Assembly: GCA_951406725.2 (NCBI GenBank)
Contig: OX597824.1
Coordinates: 86,924,001 to 86,988,000, forward strand
DNA length: 64,000 nucleotides
Source of the DNA: Octopus vulgaris
Taxonomy: Eukaryota
Reading direction: 5' to 3'
In this document: piece after piece, positions 1 to 10,904 of the stretch
Layout of the letters: the number at the start of each line of letters is the position of its first letter
How positions within the stretch are numbered: the stretch's first letter is position 1
Made by a program: the position numbers and the translations under genes
The notes under the pieces: model-generated
The model's input: the letters and a program-made list of their open reading frames with translations, nothing else
The model's database searches: none
Told to the model about the DNA's origin: nothing

Positions 1-113
1 TAATTACATAAGTAATTAAAGTAGAGCATTGTAGTACAGAATTGAATTTTAAAAAATGAATGGAATAAGGAATGAGGAAAGCTTCTAACAATGCGGGAAG
101 TTTAAAAAAAAAC

Positions 114-534
114 GGTTCTTTTCGGTTTGACCGGCCGTTTTTAACATAATTTCCACGTAACTAAACACTTTTAAACTTTGTATACTGGTAGAATGTGTTT
201 ATAAAACATCTTTTTCTCTTGGCTTTATTGAGAAAATTCTATAGTTTGTAAGATATTTGTTGTTTTTTTTCTTCAATTTCTGCAATTTCAACCAATCACT
301 GACATCTATTGAGGTGAAAACATTCTGTGCCGTATGAATATGTCCCTCGTTTAAGAAACAGATTGGGTTTATTTATATTTCTGAGGAAAAAAAAGATACC
401 CTTCCTTCCACCCCTAACCCTAGGTAACCCTAAAACAGATTGAAATGCAATAGATCGATACTAGGGTCATAATTATGGGTGACAATTTCATATGACACCG
501 CTAGAAAAAATTGCTGTTCAAACCAAAAAGATCC
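114..534. mobile_element. TIR MITE (~30-bp TIR GGATCTTTTCGGTTTGAACGGCAGTTTTT) with internal CCCTAA units
   Basis: Inverted termini; second copy at 9952-10359; diverged relative near 37190-37375. Confidence 0.78.
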
Positions 535-1608
535 AAAAAAAACTTTTATATTTCGGGAACAAAGGCCTATCTTCAGAGGAATATAGTCAAAGAAATGTGT
601 ATTTACATAGATCTTGCCATTTCTTTATTTCTCATATCACCTGTGCTGGTGGCATGTGAAAAAACATTTGAGGGAGGTTGTTGCCAGTACCACTGGACTG
701 GCTCCTGTGCAGGTGGCACATAGAAAGCGCCATTTGAGCGTGGCCGTTGCCAGTACCGCCTGACTGGCCCTCATGCCTGTGGCACGTAAAAGCACCCACT
801 ACAGTCTCGGAGTAGTTAGCTTTAGGAAGGGCATCCAGCTGTAGAAATTCTGCCAGATCTGATTGGAACCTGGTGCAGCCATCTGGTTCGCCAGACCTCA
901 GTCAAATCGTCCAACCCATGCCAGCATGGAAAGTGGGCGTTAAACGATGATGATTTATTTATTTTTCTACAACATAAGCATTTAATTTTGAATTGTTAAT
1001 ATATTTCATAATGAAAATGTAATAACTCCAATAGTATAAGAAAATTAATGCAATTACATTAAACTTATAATGTCCAGTCTTGAGGATATTGTTTGGACCT
1101 TACAAGGAAAAGCTAATGCTCATCAGAGTGAAAAACAAGAGCATATAATATAAACAAAAATAATAAAATAAATATATGCGTCCTTTTAAAGCCTAGCCAG
1201 GCTCATGGGCCCAGTTTCCCGGTTTCTATGGCTTATGTGTTCCCCCCAGCTGGACGGGACGCCAGTCCATCGCAGCGTTACTCATTTTTGCCGGCTGAGT
1301 GGACTGGAGCAACGTGAAATGAAGTGTTTTGCTCAAGAACACAATGTGTAGCCCGGTCCAGGAATCGAAATCACAATCTTACGATCATGATGCTGACACC
1401 CTAACCACTAAGCCACGTGCTTCCACCAAGTCACATTTAGCAGTTTTTAATAATAAGGAAAAGTTGAAAGCTGCGTTATTGAATGAATAATGGTCCTATT
1501 GATAATACTTGATACAATTTAACATTGTTTCAATAACGGCTATAAATAATTTCTGTATTTTTATAGCAAAATGTTTAAATTATATTGTAATGCTTTTTTT
1601 ATTTTCAG

Positions 1609-1907
1609 GAACTAATGGTTGTGTTGAAAACAATGGCGGTTGTAGTCATCTATGTTTAAATACATTCCCAAAGGGTCCCGTGTGTGCATGTCCTACTGGG
1701 ATTTTCTTTGAGCTTCTTGATGATGAGAAAACCTGTGTAGTTCCTGATGGATTCCTTCTGTTCTCTCGAAAAGAAGATATTCGCCGTATCTCACTCGAAA
1801 CTAACCACAATGATGTGTTAATTCCCATCCAGTCAGTTAAAGATGCACACTCCCTGGATTTTGATAACAGTGATAATAGGATATATTGGACAGATGCTTC
1901 ACTTAAA
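1609..1907 (+). CDS. LRP6: LRP5/6 (arrow) internal exon: EGF2 and start of YWTD beta-propeller 3
   Basis: ttttcag|GA acceptor (phase 1), AAA|gtatgt donor; encodes [17 protein letters not shown]...CACPTG...[22 protein letters not shown]...LDFD...[10 protein letters not shown]. Upstream exons lie outside the window. Confidence 0.93.
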
Positions 1908-3162
1908 GTATGTATCTTGTATAATGAAGACCTTTTTTTTTTTTCCTTTTTTCCTTTCTTTTATGATTTACCTCCTACTAACAAAAAGCAAAGCAGTTTA
2001 GTTAAGAGTAGACCAAGCCGGATAGCTTGACAGAATCTTGTGAACCAGAGGACTACAAGGAATACACCAAGCTCTAATGTCTGTTTTTGGCATGTTCTAC
2101 GGATGGATGTCCTTCCTAATATCAATTACTTTACAAACTGTTTTCGGTGCTTTGTATGTGGCACTGACTCCTTTGAGCTCACTGAGTAACTCAGAAGATT
2201 GGAGTAGATTGCCTTTGGATTAGATTGCCTATGTCCAGTCCATTGCAGGATGAAGGCCTCAACATATTCTCTCCACCCAACAGATGTACAGGCCTTGAAT
2301 TTGAACTTGAGATCATACTGGTTTAATGAGCCAACTCTTGCACACTGGTTTGACATGGCATGGCTGAGTGTGTGCAGTTTTTTTATACTAACACCCTGTG
2401 CTCAACTGGTACTTATTTTATCTACTCCAGAAGGATGAAAGGCAAAGTCGACTGACATGATAAAACCTCTCAACTGAGGGGTAACCTAGTATTTATACCA
2501 GGTAATGAGAGGTTAAAGTATGTTAAAGGGACAGAATCAGGTGTCTTGCTGTAGAGGAGATACATGGCTACCATAGTTAGAAAAGAGAAAGGCTGGTGGT
2601 GGCAGTGAGAATTTGAATTTGTAAAACCATCCAAACTTTGCTTCATACAAAAGAAAAGAAAATACAAATTAAAGAAGTTGCTATTTATTGTAATTAACTC
2701 TTAACTAGCACTATGACCTGGCATGCTAGTGCATGCATATACAGCTGCGTGCGTGCGCACATACATGCGAGTACTGTCCAAATCTCAGACCAATCACATA
2801 CAGCTAGCTGGCATTCAATTGGCGTATCAAGTTTCGGGCATTTTGATTGGGTTTTGAATAGAAAATTCACAAAAAAGTCACTTCTATTGATTTTTTAATG
2901 GCTTTGCTTGGTAACTGGGGAAATGTAAAGATGTGCACGACCACCCTTGGATGGTTTTGAATGACCATAGAAAGTGCTAGCCCTCTAACTGAAAAATTGT
3001 GGATTTGTATAAAGGACACACACACAGACATTTTGCAATTTATATATAGAGAGATTATGGCCAAGTTTATTTTGATATAAAATTGTTTAAATGTTGGTTT
3101 TCTTTTTTTTTCTTTTACATGACTATAATTTCAATCTTGACCCCCTTTATTTGATATTTCAG

Positions 3163-3389
3163 CAAATAAGTCGTGCATTTATGAATGGTAGCTCTCTAGA
3201 ACACATAATAGAATTTGGAATTGAATATCCTGAAGGAATGGCTGTAGATTGGATTGCTAAAAATCTTTACTGGACTGACATTGGGACAAAGCGAATAGAA
3301 GTTGCTCGTCTCGATGGCAAGTCACGTCGCGTGCTCATCTGGAAGGATCTATCCAACCCACGTTCAATAGTATTGGATCCACCTGAAGG
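3163..3389 (+). CDS. LRP6: LRP5/6 exon, propeller 3
   Basis: tttcag|CAA acceptor, GG|gtttgt donor; [39 protein letters not shown]...[11 protein letters not shown]; phase compatible with neighbours. Confidence 0.94.
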
Positions 3390-3519
3390 GTTTGTATAAC
3401 GAGTTACCAGTTCTTCTCACCCTCCCCACCACTGACTTTCATTTCAAATTTAATTCTATAAAATTTATTAATGAAAATTAGGAATTTTACACTTTTATAT
3501 TTCTGAGATGAGGAATTTT

Positions 3520-3713
3520 TATATTATGTATTAATTAGAGTGGTGTCCTCATTTTGATTGTTGCTTTTACTAAGTTTCGGTTGTTGTCCACTCCAGCCTT
3601 CTTCAGGTGTCTTGTAATTCACAAGACACCACCTGAAGAAGACCGAAGCATAGAATAACCAAAACATAGTGAAAGCAACAAACTGCTCCAACTAATACGT
3701 AATATGTAAGAAT
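3520..3713. repeat. Degenerate palindrome (centre ~3617) with hammerhead-like cores; Penelope-like relic
   Basis: ttcttcaggtgtcttg / caagacaccacctgaagaa; minus strand reads CTGAAGAaggctg...caaccGAAACttaGTA. Confidence 0.6.
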
Positions 3714-4432
3714 TTTAGCCAGTGTTATAACTGGATTGGCAAAATCAATCGAATGCTGGACAAAATCCCTTGTTGTATTTAATTACTTTGCTCTACATTC
3801 TGTGTTCAAATCCTACCTGAGTTAACTTTATTTTATCAGCTTCAGAAGGATGAAAAACAAAGTATCAATTGACCCATTCATCTAATGTAATTGATTGTTC
3901 CCATCTCCGAACTTTCTGGCTTTGTGCAAATGTTCGAAATTGTTATACACCAATATTTGATATCATAAAAGATGCACACGAATAATACACATGCCCCCTA
4001 TTTCAGCAGCATAGGCGCAGGAACCAGGGATGCAAGTGCAACCCCTAAATTCAATTTTTTTTTTTTTAATGTAAGGGTTGATGAAAATATATTGAACATC
4101 CTCCTGAAAAAAATTGGGTTTGCACACCATAAGCAAATTTCATTCCTACATTTATGTTCTGTGTTACATGATCCCTTTTGATACCAACCTGCATGAGACT
4201 GTCCCTGGTTCTAAGATACAAACTTCCTGTTTTAAATTGATCCAAATTTAAACCTTCCACATTAGGGAATAAAAATTTTTTTAGTAGATTGAAGCCTATG
4301 GGCGGTCCGACTTCACATATAGAACCCAGAAGTTTTCTTGAGACATTTTATTTTAAAAAACGTGTCTTATATGCCACCAGAAATGGTAATTGATTTCAAA
4401 TTTTACTGAATAAATATCTTCTATTTTTCTAG

Positions 4433-4617
4433 ATACATGTACTGGACAGATTGGGGAGAAAAGCCAAAGCTGGAAAGAGCCTCGTTAGATGGCAAAAATC
4501 GAAAGGTTTTAGTATTTGATCTTGGTCGCGTTGCTGGTTTGACTATAGACTATGCTGACAATAGGCTTTATTGGACCGATTTAGATAATAAACGTATCGA
4601 ATCTTCAGATATGTTAG
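4433..4617 (+). CDS. LRP6: LRP5/6 exon, propeller 3
   Basis: ttttctag|A acceptor, G|gtatgt donor; [20 protein letters not shown]...[18 protein letters not shown]. Confidence 0.94.
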
Positions 4618-5239
4618 GTATGTAGTCTTTATTTTATTGCTTCATCATCATCATCATCACTAACATTAGCATTCATTATCATCATCATCATCATCATTTA
4701 ACGTCCGTTTTCCATGTTGGCTTGGGTTGGATGGTTTGACAGGAGCTGGCAAGTCCAGGAGCCCCGCTAGGTTCCATAGCATATATTATTTTTGCTATAA
4801 ATATGTGTGTGTGTGTGTGCATGGTTGGAGGTGTCTTGTGAAAATTCATGATAGTTTTAAACAAATGTCACTGTCATACGATTAATGCCCTTGTTTTTTC
4901 ACTCTTCTGTAAAAAATGTCCCAACGTAAGAAAATATCATCTTGTTCGGAAATAGGTGAGGAGTGATGAAAGGAAGGGGATCCAGACATGGAAAATCTGC
5001 CTTCACAAATTCCGTTTGAAATATGCATGGAAAAGCGGACATTAAACTGATCTCACACTCACACACTCAGGCACTCTGTCAGTTACAATGATGGAGGTTC
5101 CCGTTGATCCAATCAGTGGAACAGCCTACTTGAGAAATTTATGGGCAAGTGGCTGAGCACTCCACAGACACGTGTACCCTTAACGTAGTTCTCAGGGAGA
5201 TTCAGCGTGACACTGAATATGACAAATTGGCAAAGGTCT

Positions 5240-5465
5240 CAGTCACTTGTCATTGCTCCCATGTTGACTCAACATTCAAAGATCATGTTTTACCACCTTG
5301 TTCCATGTCTTCCTGGGTCTACCTCTTCCATAGGTTCCCTCCACAGTCAGAGATTGGCACTTTTTTATACAGCTACCCTCGTCCATACACATCACATGAC
5401 CATGCTAGCACAGTCGTCTCCCTTGCTCGCCACATCTGATGTCTCTTATGCCCAATTTTTCTGTT
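5240..5465 (-). mobile_element. RTE LINE ORF 3' fragment adjoining the NUMT
   Basis: Reverse complement contains ggaagaggtagacccaggaagacatgg (GRGRPRKTW), homologous to 26150-26370. Confidence 0.7.
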
Positions 5466-5477
5466 AAAACACTTATA

Positions 5478-5546
5478 TTATAATTTGGTGTATGGGCGTA
5501 TAAAGTTTTGATCTTTAAAGAAAAGGTTCAAGTCCTTTTTTTGTAA
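5478..5546 (+). tRNA. trnQ: NUMT pseudo mt-tRNA-Gln (TTG)
   Basis: TGGTGTA D-arm, anticodon TTG 5508-5510, T-arm aaaagg-ttcaagt-cctttt. Confidence 0.75.
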
Positions 5547-5613
5547 AGAGTTTTAAGTTAAGTTAAACTGTAAGTTTTCAAGACTTGTAATAAATAATAT
5601 TGTTTAAATTCTG
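5547..5613 (+). tRNA. trnW: NUMT pseudo mt-tRNA-Trp (TCA)
   Basis: Acceptor agagttt/aaattct, anticodon TCA 5577-5579 (mitochondrial code). Confidence 0.75.
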
Positions 5614-5679
5614 TGTGAAATGGTCGAAATTTTTAGTTGGTCGATTGTAAATTTATCTATAAGTGTTTTACTTTCTCAT
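5614..5679 (+). tRNA. trnY: NUMT pseudo mt-tRNA-Tyr (GTA)
   Basis: atggtcga D-arm, anticodon loop ttGTAaa 5647-5649. Confidence 0.72.
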
Positions 5680-6223
5680 GGTTTTATATCTATATATATA
5701 AAACTGTAGTTGTGTGAGTGTCTGTCTACTACGATTTAGATTCCTAACTCCTCCCACATTTTGCGGTGCAGTTTAACCAAAAGCGGGTATCTTATAGTCG
5801 TAATTAATATCGAGCCCGTCTGGCTATTAGCGCGCGTCTACGATGAGCCTACGATTTAAAAAATAATTTAACATCATTTTTTATTCCATTTTAATGCATA
5901 ATTTTTCGTGTGTCGATGGCGGCGGAGTTGGCGTCCACACTCAAACACCTGCACCTATGTTTGCTTCTCCCCCTTCTTCCCTCCCTCGTGAAGCTGTGGG
6001 GAAGGGAGTTTAAGGAAATCAACGTCGTAAAGCGTTGTCAAGGAGACCAGCGTTCTTTTAGAACAACGACTTCATGGCTTGAAGACACCTAAAGGAAGTA
6101 ACTCTCTAAAAATGCTTATATAGTTATTTCCCTTACAAACCCGAGCAACGCCGGGCGATACTGCTAGTTTTAATTAAAATATTAAATTGCAAATTTAAAG
6201 ATACATAGTTTATGCTAAAACTT
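5680..6223 (+). tRNA. trnC: NUMT pseudo mt-tRNA-Cys (GCA), split by a Helitron (5680-5688 + 6168-6223)
   Basis: Acceptor ggtttta (5680) pairs with taaaact (~6216); anticodon arm ttaaa-ttGCAaa-tttaa. Confidence 0.72.
5689..6167 (+). mobile_element. Non-autonomous Helitron, family A
   Basis: 5' TC, 3' CTAG, subterminal hairpin cccgagc-aac-gccggg, A|T insertion site with no TSD. Confidence 0.88.
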
Positions 6224-6229
6224 GTTTTT

Positions 6230-6295
6230 GATTAAGTAAGGTAATTAAGCTATTGGGTTCATACCTCGAAAATAGATTTTGTGCTGTCTCTTTAT
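6230..6295 (+). tRNA. trnM: NUMT pseudo mt-tRNA-Met (CAT)
   Basis: taagctattgggttCATacc motif typical of metazoan mt trnM; anticodon 6260-6262; D-arm degraded. Confidence 0.75.
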
Positions 6296-6820
6296 ATATT
6301 AATTTGACTTTGGTTTCGTTTTTAGTTGTTGTAATTTTATACACGTTAGGTTTGTTGAATATATATATGTTGTTGTCGGTTTATTAATATCTATTATATA
6401 TTTGTTGTAGTTTAATTTAATATTAACTGCAAAAATATTAGTAATTTATTATTAAATGATTTTTTAATATGGTAATTAATTTTTCAGTATATTTATTTAT
6501 ACAATGAATGAGAGTATTAAATAGAAATTATAAGTTATAATTGGATAAACTTGTGCCAGCCTCTGTGGCTATACCAATAATTAAAGTTAAAAGTAAAGTA
6601 AGCTGTAGTTGTGATTAAAAGAAAATTTTATGATTAGTTCTTTGGTAAAATTTTTGGAATTGATCTGTTTTTTTTTTCTTTATTGTTTATACTTTGAAAT
6701 TTTAAGAATAAACTAGGATTAGATACCCTATTATTTTTTAGTGTAAAAATTAATTTTTATTTACCTAAGTATTATGAATTAATTATTAATTGCTGTTTAA
6801 AACTTAAAAGGTTAGGCGGA
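6296..6820 (+). rRNA. rrnS: NUMT fragment of mitochondrial 12S rRNA (5' half); the continuation is inverted at 6821-6918
   Basis: Conserved SSU motifs in the correct order; non-functional nuclear copy. Confidence 0.88.
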
Positions 6821-7057
6821 AAAAAGTAAGTTTAAAATGTGGATTATCAAATATTAACAAACTCCCCTAACTGGATATGTAAAACTGCCAAACCTTTTAA
6901 GTTTTAAACAACAATTTAAGTCTGTTGTATATGCACAGACTAAAACAAATAAAAGATGATGCGATGCAGTTGGTAAATATCCACCTTATTATGAGTTAAT
7001 CCTTAAATCTTAATTTAATGAATTTTTCTGAATGTTTCAATTGTTTATTCTTCTCAG

Positions 7058-7264
7058 GAGAAAACCGACAAGTGATCATAGACAGCTATTTACAATATCC
7101 ACGTGGCATCACCCAATACAAAGATTTCATCTACTGGACCGATTTAGAGAAGAACACAATTGAACGTGCCCACAAGCTAACCGGAACCAACCGTACAACA
7201 ATTCACCAAAGCCATGATGATTTTGTAATGGATATCCTGGTTTTCCAAGAGTCACGTCAGCCTG
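7058..7264 (+). CDS. LRP6: LRP5/6 exon, end of propeller 3
   Basis: ttctcag|GA acceptor, probable G|gtaaaa donor; ENRQVII...[16 protein letters not shown]...IERAHKLTG...[12 protein letters not shown]. Confidence 0.9.
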
Positions 7265-7300
7265 GTAAAATTCTATATCTTTACTGCATTTTGAAATTTA

Positions 7301-7688
7301 CTAGCAGTATCGCCCAGCGTTGCTCGGGTTTGTTTTGACCCTTTAGAATTGGAATTTTTGAAAAGTAAAAATTTTGCATTATGTAGCTTGTTATTCTCTT
7401 TGAGTGAACATTTTTCTGGTTGAAATACACCGACAAATGGCGATACAGCAGTAAAAAAATCGTTAAAAAAATAGGGATTTTCATAGAAAAAAAGTGCCTT
7501 TTTGATGTAAATAATTTTTGGTGTTAACATGGTCCGATTTGAATTTTTCCTTCTATGGAAGGAAGAGCAAGCGTTCTTCTATCATTGTCTCAATTTTGGT
7601 CAACTTGCACCACAGGGTCTTGGAGGAGATAGTGTTACTTGAAGGCTACCAAGCCTGCCATACACAGACAACTTCAGCTTTATATAGA
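7301..7688 (-). mobile_element. Non-autonomous Helitron, family B
   Basis: Reverse complement of 60129-60504; starts about 36 bp downstream of an LRP5/6 donor. Confidence 0.85.
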
Positions 7689-9567
7689 AAGAGATTTGGT
7701 TTATGTTATGTTTATTTTAATTACAAGATTGCCATTCACCTTTCATTGCATTTCCCACTATCCACTTGATACTCACATCTTGCACCCCCATGAACTTACC
7801 CATACTACTTTTCCTTTATCCACCTGCCTATAACTTGAGGGTATTCCCTGATACATCTTCACCAGCATCCTCTTTTTATGCCAAATGAGTCAACCATGTT
7901 TTTCTTGTTCTTGTCCCTCTATCATACTTTAACCTCTCATCACCCACCCACTCAACATTACTCTCAGATATTTCATATCTTATCGGTTGACAAGCTGGCA
8001 GAATCATTAGCACACACGGCAAAATCCTTAGCGGCATTTCATCTGTCTTTGCATTCTGAGTTCAAATTCTGCCTAGAGCAACTTTGCCTTTCGTCCTTTC
8101 AGGGTCAGTAAAATAAGTACCAGTTGAACTCTGAGATCGTTGTATTTGACTTACTCTGCCCCCAAAATTGCTGGTCTTGTGCCAAAATTTGAAACCAGTA
8201 TTATTCTCCACCTCAGTTGAGAGGGTCTTGCTAGTTGCTTGGCAATTTCACTGGTGCCCGTGGCATGTAAAAAGCACCCAGTGCACTCTGTAAAGTGGTT
8301 GGCATTAGGAAAGGCGTCCTCCAACTGTAGCAACCAAGCCAAAGCAGAGCTTGGAGCAGTCCTCAGGCTTGTCAGCTCGTGTTGAAACTTTCAACCCATT
8401 TTGAGCCGAGAAAAATGAACATTAAATGATGATGATGATGATGATGACATTTAGTTTCATCAATCTGCTTCCCAGTTCATATTCTGCTGAGGTTGAATAT
8501 GCTTTTCATCCTTCTGGGATTAATATAATACTTACTAGTTATGCATGAAATCACTTCATTCAATCTATGTCACTCTGTAAAAAGACAATTCTTCAAGCTT
8601 GTGCCCCAGCATGGCCGCAGTCTTGTGACTGAAACAAGTAAAAGATGAAAAAGTAAAACGTCGGAAAGGATTGGAATGAAGGACCCCCCCCCCCAACAAA
8701 TGAATTTATCTCATCATCATCATCATCATTCAACGTCCGCTTTCCATGCTAGCATGGGTTGGACGATTTGACTGAGGTCTGGCGAACCAGATGGCTGCGC
8801 CAGGCTCCAATTTTGATCTGGCAGAGTTTCTACAGCTGGATGTCCTTCCTAACGCCAACCACTCCAAGAGTATAGTGGGTGCTTTTACGTGCCACCAGCA
8901 TGGGAGCCAGTCAGGTGGTACTGGCAATGACCTCACTCGAATCTTTTTACACATGCCACCGGCACAGGTGCCAGTAAGATGACACTGGTAATGGTCACGC
9001 TCGAATGGTGCCTTTTACGTGCCACCGGCACGGAAGCCATTTAGCCACTCTGGCAACGATCATGCTTGGATAGTGCTCTTAGCACCCTACTAGCACGGGG
9101 CAATGAATTACTGGTATATATAATAAGCACCATTCAAGCGTGGGTCGATGCCAGTGCCACCTGACTGGCTCCCCATACCGGAGGCATGCAAAAAGCCCCC
9201 CACTACACTCTGAGTGGTTGGTGTTAGGAAGGGCATCCAGCTGTAGACAACCTTGCCAGATCAGATTGGAGCCTGGTGCAGCCTACTGGCTTGCTAGTCC
9301 CCAGTCAAACTGTCCAACCCATGCCAGCATGAAAAGTGGACGTTAAAAACGATGATGACGATGAATCTAAGGCGGTGAGCTGGCAGAAATGTTAGCACAC
9401 TGGGCAAAATACCTTGCAGCATTTCGTCTGTCTTTCTGTCCTGAGTTCAAATTCCACCTAGGTCATCTTTGTCTTTCATCTTTTCGAAGTCGATTAAATA
9501 AGTACCAGTTAGACACTGGGGTTGATTAGTCTTCCTCCTCCAAATTTGCTGGCCTTGTGCCAAAATT

Positions 9568-9741
9568 TTGAAACTCCGACATCTGGCAGCTGACTTGGCA
9601 GCAGACACCCATAAGATTACTAACCATCTTACTAACAATAACTCTGAGCACCTTTTTAAACTCCACCTATCTAACACCCGTGGACATGTTTACAAAGTTA
9701 GAAAACAGCACAGCTCCCATGACTTTCGGAGAGTTGCTGAA
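9568..9741 (+). mobile_element. CR1-like LINE ORF2 C-terminal fragment abutting the LRP5/6 exon
   Basis: [26 protein letters not shown]; matches the reverse complement of 33750-33880. Confidence 0.85.
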
Positions 9742-9872
9742 TGGTAACTGTTCTCACTTGTGCTTGGCTCATCCTGCCTTATTTGATCAAATGGACACTG
9801 ATAACAATATATATTTCACTTGTGCCTGCCCAACTCATTATTCATTGGGAGAAGACAATAAAACTTGTTCCC
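9740..9872 (+). CDS. LRP6: LRP5/6 EGF3 exon, 5'-truncated (native acceptor and first Cys missing, fused to a CR1 fragment)
   Basis: [12 protein letters not shown]...[20 protein letters not shown] with C|gtaagt donor; CR1 ORF2 sequence lies directly upstream instead of a polypyrimidine-AG acceptor. Confidence 0.75.
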
Positions 9873-9951
9873 GTAAGTAATCAAGTTATCTAATTGATCA
9901 ATTAACTCAAACATTGAAAAAAATCCATATAACTTAACTATCTTCGATTGC

Positions 9952-10359
9952 GGATCTTTTCGGTTTGAACGGCAGTTTTTAACATAATTTCTAGGTAACT
10001 AAAAAATTTTAAACTTCGTATACTGGTAGAATGTGTTTATAAAACATCTTTTTCTCTTGACTTTATTGAGAAAATTATATAGTTTGTAAGATATTTGTTG
10101 TTTTTTTCTTCAATTTCTGCAATTCAACCAATCACTGACGTCTATTGAGGTAAGCAACATTCTGTACCGTATGAATATGTCCCTCGTTTAAGAAACAGAT
10201 TGGGTTTATTTACATTTGTGAAGAAAAAAGATACCCTTCCCCCCACACCTAACCCTAAAACAGATTGAAATGCAATAGATCGATACTAGGGTCATAATTA
10301 TGGGTGACAATTTCATATGACACCGCTTGAAAAAACTGCCATTCAAACCGAAAAGATCT
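9952..10359. mobile_element. TIR MITE, same family as 114-534
   Basis: ggatctttttcggtttgaacggcagttttt ... aaaaaactgccattcaaaccgaaaagatc. Confidence 0.8.
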
Positions 10360-10701
10360 TACATTTTTTATGAATCAATGCAAGGCAATTTTTGCCTAAT
10401 ATTATAAAGCACTGATTTTAATATCGTTATTTTTTTATCTGCCCTACACAATATTATTTATGCTAGGTTCAGATTTGAAAAGACTGCTTAATGACTTTCT
10501 GAAATACTTCCAATACTGACTAGATTCTTAGAACCAAACATTCATATTAGTTTAATCTGCCGGAAGAAGCAAATGTTGTAAGACTTTGTAATAGTGGATC
10601 AAATTTTATTTAATATCATTTTGGGGGACAAAGATGATATATTTTTTCTATATAATCCATTAAGGGGTTAATTTGCATAATTTCTGCCTTTCTTTTTTCA
10701 G

Positions 10702-10904
10702 CACCAGAGTCTTTTTTATTGTTTAGTCAAAAGGGTGACCTTAGTCGTTTGGTGCCAAACTCTGAACATCTTCCTCCGAGTGTTTTGCCCATTCATAACC
10801 TGCGCAATGTAAAGGCTATTGATTATGATGTTTATGATAAATACGTTTACTGGATTGATGGCCGGTCAAAGACTATCAAAAGATCAAGAGAGAATGGCAC
10901 AGAG
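10702..10904 (+). CDS. LRP6: LRP5/6 exon, start of propeller 4
   Basis: ttttttcag|CA acceptor, GAG|gtaaga donor; PESFLLFSQKG...LPIHNLRNVKAIDYDVYDKYVYWIDGR. Confidence 0.93.

Larger units (their letters stand above)
5478..6918 (+). pseudogene. NUMT: mitochondrial trnQ-trnW-trnY-trnC-trnM-rrnS (5' part) in an LRP5/6 intron
   Basis: Five consecutive mt-tRNA-like sequences followed by 12S motifs (GTGCCAGC ~6553, AAACTAGGATTAGATACCCTATTAT ~6710, AAACTTAAAAGGTTAGGCGG ~6800). The order matches the octopod/ancestral mollusc mtDNA block. Confidence 0.92.

Noticed and set aside
5478-6295. Functional tRNA cluster or true mitochondrial contig
   Set aside because: It lies in a nuclear intron, is interrupted by a Helitron, and has degraded stems.
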